DNA of 45,417 bases from a virus (Duplodnaviria > Heunggongvirae > Uroviricota > Caudoviricetes): the IMG/VR virus record IMGVR_UViG_2675903468_000006; one strand, 5' to 3'. Both the position numbers and the translations under genes were made by a program. This document shows, piece by piece, positions 36,536-44,255 of this stretch (its first letter is position 1; each line of letters opens with the position of its first letter). Below the pieces are notes generated by a model that worked only from the letters and a program-made list of their open reading frames with translations, was not told where the DNA came from and made no database searches.

Positions 36536-36610
36536 TTAATCAATACGCTAAATAAAACCATTCAACAATTTAGCATTTTGCTATTGCGCATAATTTAGCA
36601 TCACGCTAAA
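36536..36610. promoter_or_regulatory. Left operator region (OL), three sites of the same TTTAGC-N5-GCTAAA type
   Basis: Perfect site TTTAGCatcacGCTAAA plus two degenerate copies. Confidence 0.55.
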
Positions 36611-36807
36611 TTCACCCCATCGAAACGAAACATCGACAGCTGAGCGAAGTTAGCCAGCGGCGAAGTGGAGATTCGGTCAGTCGAACGGCGCGACAGTAAA
36701 CCATGCGTCGGACCATAGGCGGGCTCAGGAAGAGCGGCAATTATGGCTAAACGATTTACCAGCAGCTCTTTGCGAGGGGCTGACGGTAAACAATCAGAGG
36801 GGTGTAT

Positions 36808-37149
36808 ATGTCAGATAAAAAAATGGCGCCACTACTGCTCAATGTAGACGCCAGCGAAGTGCTTACCCAGACCGGGGAGCTTTTAAAGTTACTTGAACTT
36901 CCAGCCAGCTCCTTTCAGGGAATTCCTGAGCATGTCGTCGATCTGTTTTTTGACCGTGTCCGTGGCCTGATTGACAACATCGTCCTTAGTGATTTCGCGA
37001 CCACAGTCAGCACAACTGACGCCGGTGAAATTTGTCTCAAAGTCAAAATCATCGGGCTGGTTGAACATCTCACTTCCGCAGTCAGGGCACACGGTCCGCA
37101 TGGTTTGCATGAACATATCCTTTCTACTGTTGGGGAGCTTAAAGAGTAA
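36808..37149 (+). CDS. Hypothetical first early-left ORF (N position, no Arg-rich motif)
   Basis: ATG with SD AGAGGGG; overlapped by a zinc-ribbon ORF on the other strand, so coding strand is unresolved. Confidence 0.35.
   Translation: MSDKKMAPLLLNVDASEVLTQTGELLKLLELPASSFQGIPEHVVDLFFDRVRGLIDNIVLSDFATTVSTTDAGEICLKVKIIGLVEHLTSAVRAHGPHGLHEHILSTVGELKE
36889..37110 (-). CDS. Candidate zinc-ribbon protein antisense to the first early-left ORF
   Basis: Paired C-[PA]-D-C-G motifs (VCPDCG ... SCADCG) and Lys-rich tail. Confidence 0.35.
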   Translation of the reverse strand: MQTMRTVCPDCGSEMFNQPDDFDFETNFTGVSCADCGREITKDDVVNQATDTVKKQIDDMLRNSLKGAGWKFK

Positions 37150-37338
37150 GCGATTTCTTGCTGTTGGGGAATAGCGGGAAAGCGCGCGCCGGGCGCGGAT
37201 AAATACCCCGGCAATAACTGGAATGTTTTGTAGTGCAGTGAATTGCAGCTGCATCGACGGCAACCGGAAGATAAGCACCCGGCGCTGCACCACAAAGCAT
37301 TTCTCCCGCATCAGCGGGTAACGACAGAGGGTAAGTCA

Positions 37339-38007
37339 ATGATTCGTCTTAACAACGAAATTAAAAATCAGCTATGCCATAACCTGCTTCTCGCATCCCC
37401 ATTGTTTGAGAAAGCGAAAGCTGCGGTTAATGAGAGGGCGAAAATTGTTGAAGAAATTCGACAGGCATTGCTCAAGCAGGAAAACACTAGCGATGAGCAA
37501 ATAACTAAGGCTCGGGAAGATTTCAAAGATAACTCCTTCATCAAGATGAAGGTCGGCGCTAAAACTGCAATTTTAAAGGTCATTATTAATGGTGAGTATC
37601 ACGAATTAGCCAGGAACGGTTTGGATCATCGCTATCGCCACCGTGGAAAACATATTGGTAAGCACGATCTTGAAAGCGACCTGTTCTTCGGAGCTTCCTT
37701 CGCGCCTGTAATTGATTCGGGTTTCGTTCCTGAAAGTTACAGCACGCTGAAGAAAGTTGGAAAATTACACGACCGACTCACTGAATCGACGGTAACCATC
37801 AACGTTCTTTACGATGAAGTTGATGCCTTCCAATTGCAGGTTAAAGGTGCTCTAACCAAAGTCTCAACTGTTAAAAAACTGGCTGAGATGTGGCCTGAGG
37901 CAGTGCCATATTTGCCTGAGGTGGAACGCCGTGAAGCGACCAGCACCGCACTTGCCATTCCCGTTGAAACGCTAAACGCCCTTTGCGGCATACCAAAGAA
38001 TGAATGA
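37339..38007 (+). CDS. Hypothetical 222-aa protein, AT-rich moron immediately downstream of OL
   Basis: SD GAGGGTAAG; own terminator; no recognisable family. Confidence 0.55.
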   Translation: MIRLNNEIKNQLCHNLLLASPLFEKAKAAVNERAKIVEEIRQALLKQENTSDEQITKAREDFKDNSFIKMKVGAKTAILKVIINGEYHELARNGLDHRYRHRGKHIGKHDLESDLFFGASFAPVIDSGFVPESYSTLKKVGKLHDRLTESTVTINVLYDEVDAFQLQVKGALTKVSTVKKLAEMWPEAVPYLPEVERREATSTALAIPVETLNALCGIPKNE

Positions 38008-38028
38008 CCCGCTCCGGCGGGTTTTTTA
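38008..38028 (+). terminator. Intrinsic terminator after the 222-aa gene
   Basis: CCCGC-TCCG-GCGGG hairpin followed by T6. Confidence 0.6.
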
Positions 38029-38168
38029 TCGGCCATACATAGGCATATTTTCGAGTCTGCCCATTTATGACAACCGGCGGCCATCCACCGCCCATTGAAA
38101 CACTGAATAAATGCGTTGAAGTCTTGTATTAACCGTTCCGTTCGCCGCGATAAGGCCAAGAGGAAATC

Positions 38169-38297
38169 ATGGTAAACCAGCAGCAGATCAGAGAGGCCCA
38201 ACGGCTCGCGTCGTTCGCGGTGCTCCATCGCAATGCTCCGGCGTGGGAAGAAGCAAAACGCCTTTACGCCGTCGCCATCGGGAGGACTCTTCACTGA
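38169..38297 (+). CDS. Small coupled ORF (42 aa)
   Basis: SD AGAGGA; stop overlaps next ATG (TGATG). Confidence 0.3.
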   Translation: MVNQQQIREAQRLASFAVLHRNAPAWEEAKRLYAVAIGRTLH

Positions 38298-38494
38298 TGG
38301 AAACTTTATTCGCACTCGTCCTGACCGTGGCAATGACCAACGGTGATTATCAGGATGTCATTCTCGGCGTTTACGACAGCCAGCAGGAATGCAGCCTGGC
38401 AGCTACAGAGCAGAAAGTGTCAGCTGAGTGCTGGCCGGTAGAAAGCATCATCCGCAACGGCGAGTTCCCGGCGAAATCCATCGCGCAGCAGTAA
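38297..38494 (+). CDS. Small protein with signal-peptide-like N-terminus (65 aa)
   Basis: METLFALVLTVAMTNG hydrophobic N-terminus. Confidence 0.4.
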   Translation: METLFALVLTVAMTNGDYQDVILGVYDSQQECSLAATEQKVSAECWPVESIIRNGEFPAKSIAQQ

Positions 38495-38564
38495 CCACCC
38501 TATTCAACCGATCGGCCTGGCATTACGCGGGCGGGATCTGCACATCCAAATTTCAGGAGAAACC

Positions 38565-39536
38565 ATGAGCGAAGTAACGGACTTAACTGTCATCGAAATC
38601 AAGCCGGAACAGGCCCCAGTGCTTTACGTAGCGGGCGGCCTTGACGCGTACCTTGAGCAAATCCGCCAGGCTGTAAACGAAGTGCCGGACCTGTCCACGA
38701 AGAAAGGCCGTGACCGTGTTGCCTCTCTGGCAGCGCAGGTGTCCCGCAGCAAGACGGCAATCGAAAAGCCGGGCCGTGAGTACCTGAAGCGCCTGAAAGA
38801 GGCTGTGCGTCCGGCTGAGGCCGAAATTAAGCGATTCGTTGATGCCTGCGACGAGCTGCGCGATGCGACCCGCCGCCCACTCACCGAATGGGAAGCCGAG
38901 CAGGAACGCATTAAGGCTGAAGAAGCCATGAACGCGATGCACGCCGAAGCGCTGGAGATGAACATCAGGTTCGATCAGGAACTGGCTGCCAAGTTCGAAG
39001 CGGACCACGAAATGGCTCTACTGATGAACAAGGATTTTGACCGTGACCGCGAAGAGCAGCGCCGTCTGGCGGAACAGGCTCAGCGTGAACGTGATGAGCG
39101 GCTGAAACAGGAAGCGGCAGAACAAGCCCGCCGCGATGCCGAAGCGAAGCACAAAGCGGAGATTGAAGCCGCAGCGCGCCGTGAAGCCGAAGAGAAAGCC
39201 CGCGCTGAACTGGCGGAGCGCCAGTGCGTCGAAGCGGAACAGCGTGCAGCTCGCGAGAAGCAGGAAGCGGAAGCCCGGGCGGAACGCGAAAAAGCCGCGG
39301 CGGTTGAAGCCGAGCGCCTGAAGGCCAAACAGGCCGAAGATGCCCGCCTGGCCGAAGAGAAGCGCCTCGCCGATGAGCAGGCAAAGCGTGAAGCTGACGT
39401 TAAGCACCGCAAGACGGTCGGCACCAACATCGTTAACGCGCTCACCAGCCAAACCAGCTTAACCCGCGAGCAGGCTATCGAAGTGCTTACCGCTCTGAAA
39501 GATGACCTGATCCCCTGCGCGAAAATTCATTACTGA
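38565..39536 (+). CDS. Hypothetical protein with long Glu/Arg/Ala-rich coiled-coil region
   Basis: 323 aa upstream of RecT; overlapping antisense ORFs are low-complexity artefacts. Confidence 0.5.
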   Translation: MSEVTDLTVIEIKPEQAPVLYVAGGLDAYLEQIRQAVNEVPDLSTKKGRDRVASLAAQVSRSKTAIEKPGREYLKRLKEAVRPAEAEIKRFVDACDELRDATRRPLTEWEAEQERIKAEEAMNAMHAEALEMNIRFDQELAAKFEADHEMALLMNKDFDRDREEQRRLAEQAQRERDERLKQEAAEQARRDAEAKHKAEIEAAARREAEEKARAELAERQCVEAEQRAAREKQEAEARAEREKAAAVEAERLKAKQAEDARLAEEKRLADEQAKREADVKHRKTVGTNIVNALTSQTSLTREQAIEVLTALKDDLIPCAKIHY

Positions 39537-39543
39537 GGCAACC

Positions 39544-39828
39544 ATGAACGCATACCTCACTTACGACCGCATCGAAGATCGGCGCTGGGCTGAGCAGCAG
39601 ATCACCGACGAGAAAGAGAAGTGGATCGACGACCGGGCGCAGAAAATCATCGACATGATGCCTAAAGAGCCGTCCGGCCTCTTCCACTTCACGATCCCGA
39701 TAGACTCCAGCCCATACGAAGGGCTTCGCAGCGATAAAGCTGGCGAGGCCTACAACGATTTCATTTCGGTAGTTGCTTACGCCCAGGCGGAATACGACTG
39801 GGAACACCGTACCGGCTGCCCGTTTTAA
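39544..39828 (+). CDS. Hypothetical protein
   Basis: 94 aa directly upstream of RecT. Confidence 0.4.
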   Translation: MNAYLTYDRIEDRRWAEQQITDEKEKWIDDRAQKIIDMMPKEPSGLFHFTIPIDSSPYEGLRSDKAGEAYNDFISVVAYAQAEYDWEHRTGCPF

Positions 39829-39846
39829 TTTTTGAGGGATTTAACA

Positions 39847-40593
39847 ATGAGTACTGCACTTTCCACCATGGCCGGGAAACTGGCCGCACGCCTCGGCATG
39901 GATGCCGGTACAGACCTGATGAATACGCTGAAGAATACAGCGTTCAAAGGTGGCAACGTCACGGACGAGCAGTTTACAGCCCTGTTGATCGTCGCCAACC
40001 AGTACGGCCTGAACCCATGGACCAAAGAGATTTACGCATTCCCAGATAAAGGCGGGATTGTCCCGGTCGTCGGCGTTGATGGATGGGCTCGCATTATCAA
40101 CGAGCATCCTCAGTTTGACGGCATGGAGTTCTCTTACGACAAGGAGGAAGGCGCGTGTACCTGCAAGATTTACCGCAAAGACCGTAAGCACCCGACCATC
40201 GTCACCGAGTACATGGGAGAGTGCAAACGCAACACTCAGCCATGGCAGTCCCACCCTACCCGCATGCTTCGCCACAAGACGCTGATCCAGTGCGCGCGTC
40301 TGGCCTTTGGTTTCGCTGGCATCTTCGACCAGGACGAGGCAGAGCGAGTAATTGAAGGAACAACGGCAGAGGTTCATGCGGGCCATGAATCAGATAGCCG
40401 CCGCCCGGAACTGATCGCAAAAGGTGAGTCCGCCGCGCGCCTTGGAACCGTTAAGTATCAGGAGTTCTGGGTGGCGCTGAGCGCCGAAGAGAAACAGGTG
40501 ATCGGCGCAGTTGAGAAACGACGCATGTATGACATGAGTCTTGCTGTCGACAACGCCGAACCTGTCAATGTCGCAGAGACGGAGGCTGAATGA
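39847..40593 (+). CDS. recT: RecT-family single-strand annealing recombinase
   Basis: RecT-like sequence; start set at MSTALS with upstream SD; followed by YqaJ-type exonuclease. Confidence 0.8.
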   Translation: MSTALSTMAGKLAARLGMDAGTDLMNTLKNTAFKGGNVTDEQFTALLIVANQYGLNPWTKEIYAFPDKGGIVPVVGVDGWARIINEHPQFDGMEFSYDKEEGACTCKIYRKDRKHPTIVTEYMGECKRNTQPWQSHPTRMLRHKTLIQCARLAFGFAGIFDQDEAERVIEGTTAEVHAGHESDSRRPELIAKGESAARLGTVKYQEFWVALSAEEKQVIGAVEKRRMYDMSLAVDNAEPVNVAETEAE

Positions 40594-41207
40594 TAGAGCA
40601 ACGCACCCCTGAATGGTTTGCTGCGCGCTGCGGCAAGGTCACAGCCAGTCGCCTGGCTGATGTCATGGCCCGGACTAAGTCGGGCTACTCCACCAGCCGC
40701 CAGAACTACATGGCCGAGCTGATTTGCCAACGGCTGACCGGGAAGCTGGAGGAAGGGTTTTCGAATGCCGCGATGATGCGCGGCACTGAACTTGAGCCAG
40801 TGGCACGCGAAATGTACGCGCTGAATGAGTTCAATGCGGAAATCACTGAAGTTGGACTCATCGATCACCCAACCATACCCGGATTCGCAGCCAGCCCGGA
40901 CGGACTTGTAAACGACGACGGGCTTATCGAAATCAAATGCCCCAATACCTGGACCCATATCGAAACGCTGAAAACCGGTGAACCAAAGCGCCAGTACATG
41001 CTGCAAATGCATGCACAGATGATGTGCACCGGGCGGAAATGGTGTGATTTCGTTAGTTTCGATGATCGCCTGCCGCCTGACCTCGCCTATTTCAAGAAGC
41101 GTATTCATTTCGATGAAGAGCTGGCGCGCGAAATCGAGTCTGAGGTTAAGACCTTCCTTGCAGATCTGGAATCTGAAATTCAGAAAATCACAGAGCGTGC
41201 AGCATGA
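40590..41207 (+). CDS. YqaJ-type viral recombinase exonuclease
   Basis: PD-(D/E)xK-like motifs (ASPDG, IEIKCP); overlaps RecT stop. Confidence 0.8.
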   Translation: MIEQRTPEWFAARCGKVTASRLADVMARTKSGYSTSRQNYMAELICQRLTGKLEEGFSNAAMMRGTELEPVAREMYALNEFNAEITEVGLIDHPTIPGFAASPDGLVNDDGLIEIKCPNTWTHIETLKTGEPKRQYMLQMHAQMMCTGRKWCDFVSFDDRLPPDLAYFKKRIHFDEELAREIESEVKTFLADLESEIQKITERAA

Positions 41208-41292
41208 AGGCACTCATCACCCGGGAGCTTAAAGCTCCTTTTTTATTGCTGGCGTTCACCTTCAACCGAATTAACCGACAGTTCCGGGAGCA

Positions 41293-41517
41293 TTGACCAT
41301 GGACATCATCGATACCGCAGCAGAGATTGAAGAGCTTCAGCGTAACGCTGCCCTTTCCGCTCACCGCATCGACCGTAATGCCGTTTCAGCGGAGCATTGC
41401 GAAGAATGCGACGAACCAATTCCCGAACCGCGGCGCGCTGCCGTTCCCGGCTGCCAGACGTGTGCAGAGTGCCAATCCGTCATCGAGCTGAAGAATAAGC
41501 AAAGGGGGTTGCAGTGA
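41293..41517 (+). CDS. TraR/DksA-family C4 zinc-finger protein
   Basis: CEECDEP...CQTCAECQ four-Cys arrangement, 74 aa. Confidence 0.6.
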   Translation: MTMDIIDTAAEIEELQRNAALSAHRIDRNAVSAEHCEECDEPIPEPRRAAVPGCQTCAECQSVIELKNKQRGLQ

Positions 41518-42182
41518 AAGAGCGCGGAATGATTTTCAACGGCGAGATGGTGCGCGCCATCCTCGACGGCAAAAAGACGCAGACGCGGCGCATCATGAAG
41601 GTTCAGCCGACTGATGGTTTCCACCCAACGCATAACGGTTACGATCTGGATTTAAACGCACACTGGTACACACCTGGCGTGATCGATAAAAACGGATACC
41701 TGCAACCTGCAAAGAAAGATGCATTTGGCGTTGCTGATGAGAATGAAGGCTATACCTGCCCGTTCGGTGCCGTCGGCGATCGCATCTGGGTGCGCGAAAC
41801 GTGGGCTGAAGCTGGTGCTGGCGCGCCGGACCTGAAACTTTATCGCGCGGATTACCCTGAGCATGTTCCAACTCATTACGAGAATGTGCCGCTGGCTGAT
41901 GAAATACGCTGGACGCCTTCGATTCACATGCCGCGCTGGGCTAGTCGTCTAACTCTGGAGATTACCGGAGTGCGAGTTGAGCGATTGCAGGCCATTACCC
42001 TTGGGGATATCTGTAAGGAAATCGGCTGCGGTCTTTACGACTTCCGCCCTGCTACTTATGGCTTTCAGGTGTGGGAAGAACTGTGGAAGTCCATCTACGG
42101 CGAAGAAAACTGGCAGGCCAACCCCTGGGTCTGGGTAATCGAATTTAAGGTGGTGCCCAATGTTCAGGATAATCCAGCCTAA
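41514..42182 (+). CDS. ASCH/PUA-like domain protein (tentative)
   Basis: N-terminal MIFNGEMVRAILDGKKTQTRR resembles the ASCH G-[KR]-K-T-x-T-x-R signature. Confidence 0.4.
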   Translation: MKERGMIFNGEMVRAILDGKKTQTRRIMKVQPTDGFHPTHNGYDLDLNAHWYTPGVIDKNGYLQPAKKDAFGVADENEGYTCPFGAVGDRIWVRETWAEAGAGAPDLKLYRADYPEHVPTHYENVPLADEIRWTPSIHMPRWASRLTLEITGVRVERLQAITLGDICKEIGCGLYDFRPATYGFQVWEELWKSIYGEENWQANPWVWVIEFKVVPNVQDNPA

Positions 42183-42474
42183 TACCTGGTACGCCGATCC
42201 CCACGGCGCGTCCTGCAAAATCCTCCGCGCTACCCACGAAGTAATCCACTACATCCGCAACGGTCGCACCTGCATCGCCAGCATTGGCCGCTTTCAACAT
42301 GAATTCGAGCCGCTGACCAAAGCACAGGCTGAGCGGATCGCCGAAGAAATCGAAACAGCAAAGCACATCGAAAAATTAAGGAGCATGAGACGTGATCGGA
42401 ATACTCAAGCCGGTACCGGAATCGCAATGGCCGGTACGATGCCACGACCCCAAGCGGAGCAACGTGTGGGCTAA
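42160..42474 (+). CDS. Hypothetical protein
   Basis: 104-aa ORF overlapping neighbours at both ends. Confidence 0.35.
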   Translation: MFRIIQPNTWYADPHGASCKILRATHEVIHYIRNGRTCIASIGRFQHEFEPLTKAQAERIAEEIETAKHIEKLRSMRRDRNTQAGTGIAMAGTMPRPQAEQRVG

Positions 42475-42733
42475 CTCTTACTTTCTTGTTCAGGAGTTTC
42501 AGGAAGAGAACGGTGTTATTCGCCTGACGGTGAACACCACCAGCATTGGCAGCTCTGGCCGGTGGAAGGATGGCATCAGTTGGGATGCATTGCAGGAGAT
42601 AAAGTCAGCCGTTGGCTATGGGGATCGGGATGCCGTGGAGATTTACCCGCGGGATTATGATGTGGTGAACGTGGCGAACATGCGCCACCTGTGGATTACG
42701 CCGGAGCCAATTAGCTTCGCCTGGCGGAAGTAA
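42392..42733 (+). CDS. Hypothetical protein
   Basis: GTG start with SD AAGGAG. Confidence 0.4.
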   Translation: MIGILKPVPESQWPVRCHDPKRSNVWANSYFLVQEFQEENGVIRLTVNTTSIGSSGRWKDGISWDALQEIKSAVGYGDRDAVEIYPRDYDVVNVANMRHLWITPEPISFAWRK

Positions 42734-42823
42734 ACAGCATCAGCGCATCGCCGTGTGGCGGGTGACATCCCGCCAAATAACGACGATCAACTGAACATCA
42801 ACACATTATATGTACATACGACC

Positions 42824-43915
42824 ATGAACATTCAGATCAAAACACTATCTGTCCGAATTAAAGACAAGCACGCAGCCGTTTTGCGGCAGATGGCCTTTGA
42901 GGTCAATCAGATCTTTAATCTGGCAAACGAGATAACCAGCGCAGCATACGGCAACGCTGGCTTTTTTGGCGCGCAAAAACCGCAATGGCTATCGGCGTTT
43001 GATGTTCAGAAACCGCTCCTTAAAGAGCGAAAAGAGCGCGGGTATACCATCCCCAGCCATACCGTACAGGAAATCGCAGCAATTCACGGCAAGGCACGGA
43101 AGCAATTTAAACGCTCTCGCTTACGCTGGCGAGTCAGTGGGGGATCTCGCCGTTCGTTGGGTTGGGTGCCGTTTAAAATAGGCAGCGCTGTCTGGAAAAA
43201 TGGCGCGGTGCGGTTCGCTGGCAGGATTTTTAATGTCTGGGATAGCTACGGCTTGGGAGGATTTAAATTCCGTGCTGGAAGCTTTTCAGAAGACAGCCGT
43301 GGACGCTGGTACTTCAATGTTTGCGTAGAGGTCGAAACTGTCCCATCAACGGCCACTTCCGCCGTGGGTATCGATTTAGGGCTGAAAGACTACGCCACCC
43401 CGTCAGAAGGTGATCCGCTGATTGCCGGTAGATTCTATCGAGATCTGGAGCCTGCATTAGGAAAGGCACAGCGTGCAAACAAAAAAGCCCGTGTACGCGC
43501 CATACACGCCAAAATTAAGAACCGCCGCAAAGATGCCCTGCACAAGTACAGCACGGCGCTGGTTAACAGCCATGCGGCAATATTCGTAGGCGACGCGAGC
43601 AGTAAGAAACTGGTTAAAACCAAAATGGCAAAAAGCATTTTGGACGCTGGCTGGTTCATGCTCAAAACACAACTGGAATATAAAGCGATTGCGCGGTCAG
43701 TGGTGTTTGAAGTGGTCAACGAAAGTTATTCCACCCAAGCTTGTTCGTGTTGCGGGGCTATCTCCGCCAACAGTCCGAAAGGTAGAGCAGGCCTGCGAAT
43801 AAGAGAATGGACTTGTTGTGAGTGCGGAACCACTCATGACCGCGACGTGAACGCCGCAAAGAACATTCTCGCGGCGGGGCATCGCCGTCTAGCTGTAGGA
43901 ATCCCCTTCCTTTAG
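42824..43915 (+). CDS. tnpB: TnpB (IS200/IS605 OrfB; RuvC-like RNA-guided nuclease family)
   Basis: RuvC-I GIDLGLKDYAT, zinc ribbon CSCCG...CCECG, RuvC-III HDRDVNAAKNI. Confidence 0.85.
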   Translation: MNIQIKTLSVRIKDKHAAVLRQMAFEVNQIFNLANEITSAAYGNAGFFGAQKPQWLSAFDVQKPLLKERKERGYTIPSHTVQEIAAIHGKARKQFKRSRLRWRVSGGSRRSLGWVPFKIGSAVWKNGAVRFAGRIFNVWDSYGLGGFKFRAGSFSEDSRGRWYFNVCVEVETVPSTATSAVGIDLGLKDYATPSEGDPLIAGRFYRDLEPALGKAQRANKKARVRAIHAKIKNRRKDALHKYSTALVNSHAAIFVGDASSKKLVKTKMAKSILDAGWFMLKTQLEYKAIARSVVFEVVNESYSTQACSCCGAISANSPKGRAGLRIREWTCCECGTTHDRDVNAAKNILAAGHRRLAVGIPFL

Positions 43916-43998
43916 GACGGGGAGGATGTCAAGCAACTGATAGCCAGTTATGAGCTGGCTATTGGGTGCGAAAGCACTGCTCAGTTATCCCCCATTTT

Positions 43999-44027
43999 GC
44001 CCGGCCCCGCGCCGGGCGCTCTTTTTC
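43999..44027 (+). terminator. Hairpin plus T-run after tnpB (terminator or right-end hairpin of the IS)
   Basis: GCCCGGC-CCCGC-GCCGGGC followed by gctcttttt. Confidence 0.5.
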
Positions 44028-44039
44028 TGGAGATCACAG

Positions 44040-44255
44040 ATGAATGACAGCATCCTGGTTACAAGCGAAATCCTTGCGCGCTACAAAATATCGCGCAGCA
44101 CGCTCTATTTCTGGAGCACTCCCGCACGTATGCCATCCAGCTTTTCATGCCCATTCCCGAAACCAACCATCCCCGGAAATCCGAAGCGCTGGCGTGAGTC
44201 AGAAATCAAGTCATGGGAAGACAAGGTCAACTTTGCTAAAGGGGATACCCAATAA
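44040..44255 (+). CDS. AlpA-family excisionase / transcriptional regulator
   Basis: ISRSTLYFW and PKRWRESEIKSWE resemble AlpA; SD GGAG; convergent with int. Confidence 0.65.
   Translation: MNDSILVTSEILARYKISRSTLYFWSTPARMPSSFSCPFPKPTIPGNPKRWRESEIKSWEDKVNFAKGDTQ

Larger units (their letters stand above)
42734..44030 (+). mobile_element. IS200/IS605-family element carrying tnpB only (IS1341-type); boundaries approximate
   Basis: Subterminal hairpins on both sides of tnpB; no tnpA in the window. Confidence 0.6.

Noticed and set aside
36620-36810. nutL-type site (boxA plus boxB) between OL and the first early-left gene
   Set aside because: Only a boxA-like octamer is visible; no boxB stem-loop and no N-like protein were found.
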